A stretch of 64,000 nucleotides of DNA from Podarcis erhardii (Eukaryota): NCBI GenBank assembly GCA_964252035.1, contig OZ176213.1. One strand, given 5' to 3'. The notes under the pieces are model-generated. The model had not been told where the DNA came from. It saw only the letters and a list, made by a program, of their open reading frames with translations, and did no database searches. This document shows, piece by piece, positions 51,117 to 63,010 of the stretch. The position numbers were made by a program, and so were the translations under genes. Numbering within the stretch: the stretch's first letter is position 1; each line of letters starts with the position of its first letter.

Positions 51117-51757
51117 TGTTCTACTTAAAGGGGCCCAGCCTTCTTCAGTAGACTCCTACTGCAATGGAGCAAAGGAGGCCCAGGTCTCCTGTGGTCTTCT
51201 GCAGGGAAGTACAGAGTGTGGGATGTGATACATAAGTAGGAGTCAAGTACAACATTCCTTGTTTTCCTAGAGTGGACATGTGGGGGAATGTTTGGTTCAT
51301 CCAGTCAAAAACCTGTTTCCGCCTGACTGGAACATACTTCCTTTGCATGTGACTAGAGGTGGGTATGACCTTACCTGTCCAGGGACCAAAAAGGACAAGG
51401 CACACAGCACTCTCTCTCTCTTTGACTTCCTCCGCTGTTGGAGCAGCTTTTAGCTAGAGATGCTGACTGGGACTATCTCCATATGGGATAGCTCCACATG
51501 TATACACTTTGTAACTAAGTCTGCCTTCAGGGATCCAACTGTGAACTGATGATGTGAGTAAACTACTTTTATATACTTTACACAAGATGGTGGCGTGTTT
51601 ATTCTTTTAAGAGGGATATAAGGGAACTTACCGGGAATCTAATATTGAGAGGCTTAAACAAGCCTGCAACCAGCTAGCCGCTGTGCGTTTAAAAGGGGAG
51701 TGTAAAACTCTGCTAAATTATAGAACTTGCTAGCGCAAGTTAGAAAGGATATTAACA
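51117..51757. mobile_element. Possible solo LTR
   Basis: TGTT...AACA inverted termini and LTR-like composition. No TSD found. Confidence 0.4.
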
Positions 51758-52032
51758 TACAGTATATCCTCTCCTGCCTCCCTGAACATTCCCACACAGA
51801 GAAGATGGGAGTGCTACAACCTCTGGCCAAGAAGGGAGAGCACTGTCCCCCCCAGTTCACTTGGTAGCAGCATCTCTGGAATTGGCTCTATATGCCCTTC
51901 CACTTCAGATGTTGAGTTCTAACCTCCATCACCTGATGAAAAGGAATCTGACTCCTGGTCCCTGATAGTCATGAACCTTCTTTGTTTTCACTATCTAGAG
52001 CACCAATGTCCTAAAAACCATAACTACAATTC

Positions 52033-52049
52033 TCTCATTCACTCTCTCT

Positions 52050-52071
<22 letters not shown>
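52033..52071. repeat. (CA)n microsatellite
   Basis: Directly visible. Similar dinucleotide tracts at about 38120-38148, 43868-43892 and 54540-54560. Confidence 0.95.
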
Positions 52072-52094
<23 letters not shown>

Positions 52095-54572
52095 TTTTAG
52101 TAGTGCAGAGGACTTTGTAAATCTTATCTATTGGCTTTTTTTTTTACTCCCAAATGTTACCATGAGGGGAAATGGTGCCTTAAGCAATTTACCCACTTAA
52201 CTTAAAAAAAGAAGGGAGGGAAAGAACCCTCAACTGCTGTGTTGTTTTTTTAAAGAAAGTTTTGAAAGAGTAAATATTTTATCACATGAACCAAGATGGT
52301 GTGTGTTGCTCTCTCTGGCTGACTGTGTTGCACTTGGAAGCATCTGCTTTTCATAGATTGCCTGGACAAAAGCAAGACACTTAAGGAAAAAGAGACTGCA
52401 AATCTCTCTCTCTCCCCCCCCCCCCAGCACACAAAAAAGATGCAAGGGTGGGGGCATGAGAAAAAGGGAATCCCATTGATGGGGAAATAATTTCTTAAGT
52501 GCACTGGCTGTTCAGGAGGTTAGGCATAATTCAATTTTAGCTTCATAATTCAGCATTCCTTTGGTTCTTAAACATTTTATTTCCAAGGAGTACGTGACAG
52601 TGTATTCCATCCACAAAGGAGCTGGACTGGTGCCCTGTGTTAACCTTCAAATTACATAACGCTGTATGACAAGGTATCACTTAAGTAGGGCAGTGGAGGT
52701 TTGAAAAGCTTGTACCCCAAGTTGTGCTCCCCCCCCCCCCGACTCAAAATACACTGCGGAATGAGAACTCTTGTTGCTAAGTTCAAAACAAGAGCTGCAA
52801 ACTTGATGAGGGATGAGCAGATCAGCCTGCTTTTATTCCATGTCATTTTCACAAGTCTTCAGTTATAAGTCTGTCTCATCCTGTTTTAGTGGCTAAAAAC
52901 CAGGACTTTGCATAGCCCTGCTCCTATTGACTTGCGCTAACTTGGGAAACACCTAACCTAGACCTGGCCCCAATTCACTTTTTGGAGCAGGGCTAATATT
53001 AAATTAGGAAACAGCAGAGTGAAAGAGTGTCACAAGGCTCTGGACTGGGGGGATCTGGACTGATTTAAGGAAGGTATTCACACTGAACCAGCAGGTTGAG
53101 GAATAACCCCTAAATCACCCCAGTTCCCCTTGTTATTTGGCCCAGCAATCCGTGGTATTTATCACATTTATCAATCAATCTATCTATCCAATTTCTATAC
53201 TGCTTGATATATTTAAAATTGCCAGGTCTCACCTCCTTCCTGCCCCTTGAAGCAGCACCATGCAGGACTGGATCTTGCCACTTAATTGGATCTGCTTAAT
53301 TGGATCCTCCCTGTGAGTGGCTCCTTTGTGAGCCCCATCTCCTGAATGCAGGCGAGGCATGCAGGATCAGATCCTCCCACTTAACAGCCATCAAAGAAGG
53401 GGATCCAATACTGCACAGTGCCAGACTACCTCCCCTGTCATATTTAAACCCCCCATTTTAGCTGTATGTTAAAATAGGGTTTAATCCCTCCTTAAAAAAA
53501 CCCTTAGTTCTGTCCTCTCAATTAATTCAGGGACAGATCTGGGGTGGTTGTCATCATGGTGGCACTGGGCAAATGGGCCTGATCTGAGGGCCACAGGCAG
53601 GGGCACAGCCCCACTACCTACCCCCTCTTCTTCTTGGGCTGCAAGTCACCCCTGGGACTGAAAAGTCTCCTGCCAGATATGTTGCTTGGGTTCAGATTCA
53701 CTGCCCTTGCCATGTGTGCTGTCTGGTGCAAAATCCGTTAACTCCTTTCCTCTCTGTGCTTGCAATCTGAAAAAGGGGAGAGATAAAACAGAGGTTTTTT
53801 GGGGGGGACACACACACAGAATATCTGTCAACCACCACAAATCTATGATGAGTGTGGAGAAAGTGTAATATTTATTTGTCTCCAAGAGTGCTGAATCAGC
53901 AAGACTCTGAAACCCACATGCACACGGTTCAAGCGAGCAACTATAATAAGATTGGTTCCTCTGACCAAAATCAATCTATTAGCTGGTATGAGCTTCGAGA
54001 CCTTGAGGAGGACTCTCTCATATCTTTCCTTAAATTGTTTTATGTCCTGTTAAAAGGTGAAGCAAACATATTATGTGTCTCCCATGAGCATTCCACTGTT
54101 TCTTTCTTTCTTGCTCACCTTCCATCAGTAAGAGGGAAAAGAGCAACAGACTGCCAAGGTGTAGGCTCAGCAAGAGACCCTACACTGTGCATGGAAAAAG
54201 TCTCAAGTTCATTCCACCGATGCACTATCTTCTATTTACTGAGGATTGGGGTTGGACTGGATAGTTCCCCACAGCCCAGTGATTCTGTAGAAGTGAGATT
54301 GCTTTCTGGTATGATGGCCAGACCATTTTCTTTTGTTAAGTAAATAGCCCTGGCTGGATCCCATTTGTTATGTATGTGAGGGACAGTATGTTGCTACAGA
54401 AATCCAATAGCTGAAGTTGCTTCTGGAAGATGAGACCAGTGTAAAAATGAGGTCATTTTTCCATCTTACATCTTCCATAGCTGGAAGTGATGTCATCCAA
54501 ATGTGTGAGAGAGAGGGTATGTGAGAGTGTGTGTGTATATGAGAGAGAGAGAGAGAGAGAGGAGCCCTAAAC

Positions 54573-54798
54573 CATGGGTAGGCAAACTAAGGCCTGGGGC
54601 TGGATCCGGCCCAATCACTGTCTAAATCTGTCCCATGGATGGTCTGGGAATCAGCGTGTTTTTACATGAGTAGAATGTGTCCTTTTATTTAAATTGCACA
54701 TCTGGGTTATTTGTGGGGGATAGGAATTCATTCTGGGCCTTCACAAGGTCTGAGGGACAGTGGACCGGTCCCCTGCTGAAGAAGTTTGCTGACCCCTG
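54573..54798. mobile_element. hAT-type MITE
   Basis: CATGGGTAGGCAAACT ... AGTTTGCTGACCCCTG termini. Confidence 0.75.
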
Positions 54799-54968
54799 CA
54801 AATTGTCAAGCTTGGAGTCACACAGTCAAACGAGGATTAGACTGCAGCCAACATAGGAGAGAGCTAAACTGAACTATGGGAGATTTAATTATTGTTGGTT
54901 TCTATTTCCTTCACTGAGCAGCAACTGCAGTCACAGGACATTGTTTTGCATCCCACAGTCAGAGTTAC

Positions 54969-55253
54969 TGTTGGGTTCCCACGGGAATGGGAGACTGGAT
55001 GTGACGTTCACTGGTTTCCTGTTTTTCACTGTTCTCTCAGTGTTCTTTGTTTCCGAGAGGAGTTGCTTCTCTGCTCTCACAGAGGCAAGATGTATGTTTG
55101 TATTCTCTCAGCATAGAAGTGTAAATAAAGTTGAGAATGTGGCACATACTGCTTATCCTTCTGCTGTGTGACGACGCTCTGCTTGGGCTCAACATATGAC
55201 GAGGCTGTATTAGCTTCAGCTTCAGATGGGCCAAAGCTGGTCAAAATCTCACA
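54969..55253 (+). repeat. 5' LTR of the copia element (285 bp)
   Basis: Begins TGTTGGG and ends CTCACA, contains AATAAA (~55125), and lies 5 nt upstream of the PBS. Confidence 0.85.
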
Positions 55254-55258
55254 TTTTT

Positions 55259-55272
55259 GGTTATGGGCCCAG
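55259..55272 (+). promoter_or_regulatory. Primer-binding site for a cleaved (half) initiator tRNA-Met
   Basis: GGTTATGGGCCCAG is the reverse complement of CTGGGCCCATAACC, the anticodon arm of eukaryotic tRNA-iMet. Drosophila copia uses the same PBS type. Confidence 0.9.
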
Positions 55273-55583
55273 AAAAACGGAATCAGACTGAACCAATGGC
55301 TCCTGGCAGAGGAACAAAGAAACAGGGAATCGGAATTCCAGCAGAGGCAGAGGGACGGATCGGACGTTATCTGCGCGTCAAGAAGATTGATGAGAGGTAT
55401 GTGCTCATGCTCCGGGCAGCCTGCCAGCTCCTAATTAATGGCTTTATGGCTGGACTTTGAACTTTTAAAGCCGTTTGCCGTGGCACAGGCTCACAGGCTT
55501 GGGAGGCTTGAAAACCGAAAGAACTTTTACAAGTGCTTTTGGAAGCAGCTGTACTCAGACGCAGCTTGTTTAAAGCAGCAGAG

Positions 55584-58569
55584 ATGGCTAATGCAAGGCT
55601 GGCTGATGCTTGTGGAATTCCAAAGCTCAATAAAAAGAATTACGCGAACTGGGTGCTGTACACAGAGGCTCTTCTGTGAAAAGAAGGTCTGTTTAATGTT
55701 ATTAAAGACACCCCCCCCAGCTCCAATAACAGATGAATGGGTAGCTAAGGATTCCAAAGCAAGGGGAACTCTTACATTGATAGTATCCCCAGAAGAGCTC
55801 TGTCTGTTGCGTGATAAGACCTCAGCCAGAGAGATTTGGGACACTTTGAGAGATGCTCATATGAGGACAGAAGCTGGTGCTTCTTTGTTCTACTATGCCA
55901 AGCTGCATGATATGGGACTTGCTGAAGGTGCAGATGTGCGTATACATCTGATGGAGATGCAGAATCTGAGACATGAGCTGCAAAAGAGAGGACTCACCTT
56001 TCCACAGGCTGTGTATTCCTTCATGATACTACATTCTTTGGGTTCAAGTTGGGAGTCCGTTGCCACTCAGATTGCTGTTCAGCCAACTGCTCAGCTCACA
56101 GTAGCCCATGTTACTGCCGTGATTCTGAACGAAGCAGACCGCCGGGGTGCTAGCTGCATGGGTAAGGGGGAGTCTTCACAGACGTCATCCCAGAATGCAG
56201 TGGAACCACCGGATGGCGCCAAAGCTTTGAAGGCAGTGAAATGCTACTCGTGTGGACGTCTAGGCCATATGAAGAGGGAATGCAGATTTCCCAGGTCCAA
56301 GACAGAGCAGCGCAGCGAAAGCTCATCGCGTGGAAAAGGCAAAGGCAAAGGCAAAGGTCCGGTGTCCAGGACAACGCAGCACAAGGCAATGGTCTCACGC
56401 TTTACTCCAAAGGTTGCAAAGGTCCAGAAGACGTCTAGATCTTTCTTTGTGGTGGATTCGGGTGCCACGAGGCATTTATGCAACGACAAGCGACTGTTCG
56501 TGTCTTTTACACCGCAGGAAGGTATGATTCACCAGGCGAATGACCACACGATCCCCAGTCAAGGCTACAGAACTGTTGTTCTTCACAGTTTGGACTTGTC
56601 GATACACAATGTGCTCTACGTTCCAAATGCTGCACACAATCTACTCAGCGTTGCACAGCTGAATGAACGGAAAATTGATGTTTCCTTCAAGAACAAGAAG
56701 TGCACCATCACAAAGAAAAATGATTATGTATTGCATGCTGAATATGTTGATCGTTTGTTTGTTTTGTATTTTGATGATGTGCAGGATGAAACTTGTTGCA
56801 TTGCAGGGTCTAACAAAAGTATGCATGCAGGATGTATTCATGATTTTCACAGGAAATTTGGTCATTTGCATTTTGAGGCAGTATCTAAAATGCCTGCCTT
56901 GGTTGAAGGTATTACTATTAAACCCTGCAGGTACCACATGAAGTGTAAGACATGCGCAGCAAACAAGGTGAAAATGGCTGCGAAAGGTAAGGTGTCTAGT
57001 AGGCAAGCTACAGAACCATACCAGGTTGTTCATGCTGATTTGGTTGGTCCACTATCGCCCTCTTTGGGTGGAAACAGGTACTTCATGGTTCTCATTGATG
57101 CATTTTCCAGGTATATTTATGTGTACAATCTTGAGCAGAAATCAGAGGCTTTTCCAAGGTTAAAGGAATTCTGTGCTTGGTTGGAAAATGTGCATGGTAA
57201 AAAGATAAAGACTTTTTTCACTGATCGTGGGGGGGAATTCACTTCTCAGCAGTTTGAAGCTTTTCTGACTGAGAAAGGAATTCAGCACGATTTGTCTAGT
57301 CCTCGCTCGCCATGGCAGAATGGACTTTGCGAGAGGGCAAATCAGACATTGCTTCAAGGGTTAAAAACCTTGCTGCATGATGCCAATCTTCCAGAGAGTT
57401 ATTGGGCGGAATCTTTGGCGTGTTTTGTTTACAGTTATAATCACAGGTTATCTTCAGCGATTGGTTGTACCCCCTATGAGAAGATGTTTGGCAAGAAGCC
57501 TTACATCAAACACATGAGAATTTTTGGTTCTGACGTGTGGGTTCACACACCACAAAGCTCCAAGTTAGGCAAGCGTGGATTGCATGGTATCTTTCTAGGT
57601 TATCAGAAAGGTTCTTACAGAATAATGATGACTGACTCTAAGACAATTAGGCTCACAAGAAGTGTTGAGTACAATGTCAAGTGGGGGGAGAATGTGGGAA
57701 TTTTCCAATGTTATCCTGATGACAGTGATGAGACTGAGGATAGGCAACAGCAGCAGCAGCAGCAACAGCCACAGCTGCCGCAACAACCCACACCCACTGA
57801 TGAAGGTCCTGATTCTGAGTCTGAAACTGAATCGGGTGATTCAGAGGATTTCAAGAGTGCGAAAGCCTCTATGCGACCCTCTGAAAGCTCCGATCAAGAA
57901 TTGGAGGAACCATTGTTCACAATAGGTCACTTTTCTCCTAAGAAGGAAGAGGAGAATGTTGAAGACCTACGGCTAATTCGCAGGTCACAAAGAGCCACAA
58001 AAGGCAGACCTCCAAAGAGATTTGCTGATGAATTTGCTAAGACAGCAGTAGCAGCTGTTAAAAGCTCCAAGAAGGTATTTGAACCTTCAAGTTTCCAAGA
58101 AATCCAGGATTTGGATTCAAAGGATGCTGAGCCATGGTTAAATGCCATGAAGGCTGAGCTTGATTCCTTAGAGAGGAACAAAACATGGGAGCTAGTTCCA
58201 GTAGTTCCAGGAATGAAACTGCTTGGAAGCAAATGGGTCTTCAAAGCGAAGAGTGATCAAAATGGCAAGATAGTCAGGCACAAAGCCAGATTGGTAGCCA
58301 GAGGTTTTTCACAGGTACCAGGTGAAGACTATCATGAGACCTACTCACCCACTGTGAGGTATGAGAGCATTAGGCTTATGCTCAAGCTTGCTGCAGAGGA
58401 GAATCTACACGTTAGTCACCACGATGTGAATACAGCATTTTTGTACGGATCTTTAGGTGAATCTCTTTATATGCTTCCACCTGATGGCGTACAGGTAAAA
58501 CAGGGATTTGTTTGTGCTCTGAAGAAATCCCTTTATGGTTTGCTAAATGCACAATCAGGGTCTATTTGA
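55584..58569 (+). pseudogene. gag-pol: copia Gag-Pol polyprotein, disrupted (stop and frameshift near the start, RT core deleted)
   Basis: Native Gag start MANARLADACGIPKLNKKNYANW at 55584, TGA at 55677, +1 shift in the C8 run 55711-55718. Downstream motifs: zinc knuckle CYSCGRLGHMKREC (56242-56283), protease VVDSGA (D at 56455), integrase HHCC and D-D-E (57037, 57223, 57331), RT N-half (KARLVARGFSQ, HHDVNTAFLYG, LKKSLYGL). No YVDD motif. Confidence 0.95.
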
Positions 58570-58936
58570 TTGGTCATGCAAGAAGCAAACAACAGTTAGC
58601 TTAAGTACTTGTGAAGCTGAACTGAATGCACTGTCTTATTCACTTAAGGATTGTGAATGGTTGTTACAATTGTGCAAAGACATGAAAATTCCTGTCAAAT
58701 GTCCAATCCATGTTTACCAGGACAACAAAGCATGTTTGGCTTTGCTGAATTCTGAAGGTTGTAAGCAAAGCACGAAGCATTTGCAATTGATACTGCAACA
58801 TGTTAGGGAACGTATTCAGAAGGGACTCGTAACGGTGTCCTATATGCCAGGTAATGAAATTCCTGCTGATGTATTGTCCAAGATTGTATCAAGGGATCAA
58901 CACTGTACCTATGTGCAGAAGTTGGGTTTGTACTGA
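58547..58936 (+). pseudogene. C-terminal part of copia RNase H, out of frame with the upstream pol
   Basis: WSCKKQTTVSLSTCEAE...YQDNKAC...TKHL...PADVLSK matches copia RNase H motifs. The N-terminal DADW/DSDW motif is lost in the deletion. Confidence 0.93.
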
Positions 58937-61419
58937 TATTGTACGAACACGCTGCCCAGTGATGTTCACAGAAAGGGGGTGTCTAATGCTGTAGATGTCT
59001 ACCTATACATAAACTACATATGTGGGTAATGTTGATGGACCCCAACTCCATTAGCAATGCTGGCTAGGGATGATGGAGTCCAGCACATCTGGAGGATCGC
59101 AAGTTCCCCATCACCTGCTGCAAATAAACTACATATCCCAAAACACCAATAAGACTCCAGTGACCTAATTTCAATGGGATCAGAGCCTGGGCACACCGGG
59201 AACCCCTGGAGCGCTTATTGCTTAGAGAATTGAGAGACGGGTAACAATATTTCTTTTCCTGACCGTGTCAAAGGTCTCAAAGAATATGTACCTTCTGGTT
59301 GAACTTCTGCAGTTCAGCACAATAAAGCCAAGTTTAAACCTTGGCTAACAGACAAGACAACAAATGAAACTTTAAGCAGCTAAAAGCTTTTGAAGCCATA
59401 GGGAACATAGTGGAACATCGTTTTTACAAGCTGGCCACATTGCGGATGGGAGGGAGGGAGGGCTTTAATGAGTGGAGTGGGACGATGAAGAATGAAAAGG
59501 TTTGGGTTGCATTTCATAGCTGATGAATCCAAAAGGCCAGTGGCAAAATTTCAATAAAAAAATAGAAAAAATGCATGCATGGATGAGATCAGCTCTCTTC
59601 TTTACAGCTCCTATGAGTGATGGATCACAGTACAAACACAAGGTTCTGGGTGTCTGTGGCAGCTGCTTTATACTGCTATGGCCCCCCCCCCCCAGAGTCT
59701 ATATACATAGAATAAAATTTATCCACTAAATAAGTGACAAAACTAGTGTTGCACTTTTGAACCATTCCTTTACAGGGGGTGATGGGTTGTGTGTGTGTGT
59801 GTGTGTTTGGTTCCTTTTTGAGCATTTGAAAGGAAGGCTTGAAAAAACAAATTATTTTTGTAGAACTTCATCCTCTTTCAGTCTCCTCCTTCATCAGGAA
59901 AAACCACCCTTGGCCCTTGCAGAGGGGGAAACTGCCTGAGTATGCTGCCTTTAAGGGGATTTATGGTACTGGGGGAGATTAGGGGTTGGAGTTAGAGAGG
60001 AACAAATCTACCAGTTTTGTTTTCTCTTTCTCATCTTCTCAGTCAGAAGTTCAGTTCCCCACATTTCCACATCAGTTTTCATTACAAAAAAAGCCATCAC
60101 CGTGAAAATTCACCTGCATTTTAGTGCAAATTTCTTCTAATATATGCATTTTTTGCAAAGCAGTTTTCCCTAATACAATACAACTTTTTATATTTGCATA
60201 TGTTCACTACGAGATGCATCATTATCCACAACTGAGGTTCCCCTCTTCTGCTTTAACAAGTATCTTTAATAACATAGGGACTGCAAACTTGGTTTATTTT
60301 GTTTAAAATAATCTCCAAAAGTTGAATTCTGTGACCAGGATCTTCTCTTGTGGGCTTTCTTTGGCTTCCGTGTGAGTCTAGCATGCACACAACTGTTACC
60401 CACATCATCAACAGGAAGCGAATCTCTTTTCATTAGTCCGATCAGAAATAGCTACAGGTTGCCTTGCTTGATTATTATGTATACTGCTGGGTTTGTTTTG
60501 CTTTAATGGGAACTGGAACCTAAATACCACATTTGGCTCTCTTGCCCTTTTGCAAATAAGTCCTGGAGGAATTTGAGGGAACAGATACTGTAGTTAAGGG
60601 CTTAGCATTGCTACCAACCAGCGCCAGTCTATGCATCTTAGTGAACTGTGCCATTTAGTAAAGGGCAGATGGAAAGATAGGCTAGGGGAAGGAGGGGAGA
60701 GAAATAAAGAAAAGGGCCATATCCAATCTTACTCAGTGTAAAATATAATTGGCTGTTTTCTGCCTGTGTAAGATATCTTTTTAATGCCTTCCGCCACATA
60801 GCCTCCCATTCTGATGTTCCACATTAAAAAAAAATATTCTCATGAATAAAATAAAAATCTTTTTTTGAGGAATCATACATGATTACTAAGTTCTATAACA
60901 GGTGGCAGTGACCTGGAAGACCACATGCCAAGTCTGCTTTTTATACCAAAGATGTGAGCTCTGAACCCTACACTGGTTTGGCTCTATCGGCAATGTCAAT
61001 TCTCTCGCATACTAAACCAAAGCCATATGCATTAGCCAATGGCTACACACAGTGATGGCTATGTTCAGCTTCAATGGCCAGAGGCAGGAATGCTTTTCAA
61101 TACCAGCTTCTGAAAAGTGTACAGGAAGACAGTGTACCCTTGTGCTTGGGTCCTGCTTGCAGGTTACCCACAGACATCTGGGTGGTCACTGTAAGAACAA
61201 GATGCTGGACTAGACGGGTCATTGGTCTGATTCAGCAGACTCTTCTTGTGTTCTTAGGTTCATTGGATGGAAACATTCTGAGGCTGGGGGGCTTGAAAGG
61301 AAGAAATGGTCTGGGGGCGGTTTGGAAGAAATGGTTTGAATTCAGTTTTGTCACCGAAGCACCTTTTTTTTACTAGTTGGTATGACAACTTCAATCATTC
61401 CTGGAACTCGGCCACAGCA

Positions 61420-62620
61420 GTTCAGAGTTTGGATTGCTAGAAAAATGTTGTATGTGGGGCTTCTCTCGCGCTTGACCTGCAAAGTGCAGTTAGTGCAGAA
61501 AGCTGCAGCACAAGTGCTGACAGAAGTGAGACCCCTGCTCCAAGTTCTGCACTGGTTGTCAATTTGTTATGGGGTCAAGTTCAAAGTGTTTGTTGTTGCT
61601 GTTGTTTAGTTGTGTCTGACTCTTCATGACCCCATGGACCAGAGCACACCAGGCACTCCTGTCTTCCACTGCCTCCCGCAATTTGGTCAAACTCATGCTG
61701 GTAGCTTCGAGAACACTGTCCAGCCATCTCGTTCTCTGTCGTCCTCTTCTCCTTGTGCCCTCCATCTTTCCCAACATCAGGGTCTTTTCCAGGGAGTCTT
61801 CTCTTCTCATGAGGTGGCCAAAGTATTGGAGCCTCAGCTTCAGGATCTGTCCTTCCAGTGAGCACTCAGGGCTGATTTCCTTCAGAATGGATAGGTTTGA
61901 TCTTCTTGCAGTCCATGGGACTCTCAAGAGTCTCCTCCAGCACCATAATTCAAAAGCATCAATTCTTCGGCAATCAGCCTTCTTTATGGTCCAGCTCTCA
62001 CTCTTTATGGTCACAGCTCTCAAAGTGTTACTATTGGTATATAATGGTTTGGCCGGAGCAGTAATGAACAGTTGGGGGAAAATACACACTCCAACCACAC
62101 ACAACATTACCGACTTCCCTAGCTGGGAAGGAGCGATCTCTGAGCCACCAGTCGTCAGCTGTTCCAAGCCGCGCCTTGGAGTAGAGGACTCCAACTCTCA
62201 ATGCAGCATGACGAAGGCAGTAACCGGAGCGCAGGAACAAAAGCAGGAAGCAGCGGTAGCTAAAGCAGACCCACAGCCCAAAGCAGGTAAACAGAAGCGA
62301 GATCCACGGAAGTAGGAAGAAGAAGGGAGATCTTCCAGTCGCAAGGCTGTTCAGATGCACTAAGCCATGCCCCCTGGACGACCAGATTGGCTGGCCGGGG
62401 GCCGTGATGTGGTTGGGGCTCCCTCATGAATGGGGGCTTAGCCCCGCCCCCACGGTGGGTGGGAGACCACGTGGCCTCCTCCACTAGGAAGTGGAGCGGC
62501 CTTCTCTGTTGTAAGAAATTGATCTTTTAATGTTGCAGTTAGGAAATCTTTGCCTATTGGCACCAGACAACTTCACTGCACCCTTTTTAGTGCCTGCTTA
62601 AACCCTTTTTGTTTAGGCGT
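61420..62620 (+). mobile_element. L2 LINE 3' fragment, split by Bov-B and a second insert
   Basis: LYVGL..KVQLVQKAAAQVL..LHWL..VKFKV is interrupted by Bov-B, resumes as KVLLLVYNGL, is interrupted again by an insert, then resumes at AFSVV with the 3' end. Confidence 0.7.
61591..62019 (-). mobile_element. Bov-B (RTE) LINE, 5'-truncated, inserted into an L2 fragment
   Basis: Minus strand translates to ESWTIKKADCRRIDAFELWCWRRLLRVPWTARRSN...EGTRRRGRQRTRWLD. (CAA)n-type tail. 10-bp TSD TCAAAGTGTT at 61581-61590 / 62020-62029. Confidence 0.96.
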
Positions 62621-62699
62621 GTCTATTTGGACACACAGATGTTTTGATCTTTTTAAAAAACTGTTTAATTTAAAACTTTTATATTTTTTGTAAACGTCA

Positions 62700-63010
62700 A
62701 GCAGCACCAACAGAATTTGGGCCTGTTCCTTCAGAGGGGTATAAGTCCATCCATAACAGGCAATTTCCTAATTCCCCAAACCAGGAACTGTTCACTGACA
62801 AGGGCTTATCAGGATTCAGTTTCAACACCTTCATCCTCATCCAAACAGTAGTCCACTGCTGACTCATATGTAACAGAAAAGGAGATTGAGGTGTTGTCAG
62901 CATACTGATGTTACTGTACCCCCAATCCCTAATGACTTCTCCCAAAAGTTTCATGTTGTTTTGAAAGGTTGCGGTGGCCAAGATCTTCTGGACTCCCACA
63001 TTTTCTGACC
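62700..63010 (-). mobile_element. L2 LINE RT core fragment
   Basis: NNMKLLGEVIR, a YADN-like motif and LKLNPDK on the minus strand. Confidence 0.75.

Larger units (their letters stand above)
54969..58982 (+). mobile_element. Ty1/copia LTR retrotransposon, defective (5' LTR + PBS + gag-pol + PPT; 3' LTR absent)
   Basis: Domain order gag-PR-IN-RT-RH is diagnostic of copia. TG...CA 5' LTR at 54969-55253, PBS at 55259-55272, PPT AGAAAGGGGG at 58970-58979. Confidence 0.97.

Noticed and set aside
53975-54030. Possible third hammerhead/Penelope trace (GGTATGAGCTTCGAG)
   Set aside because: Only a short partial match, with no core box or stem II; too weak to call.
55438-55583. Annotating ATG 55438 as the native start of a 1043-aa copia protein
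   Set aside because: The copia Gag N-terminal motif (IPKLNKKNYANW) is in another frame starting at 55584. The 55438 start is joined only through the C-run frameshift, so it is reported as a finding rather than as a CDS.
61559-62315. ORFs of 211 aa (minus) and 229 aa (plus) as host genes
   Set aside because: One is the Bov-B RT C-terminus fused to flanking sequence; the other is its antisense shadow.
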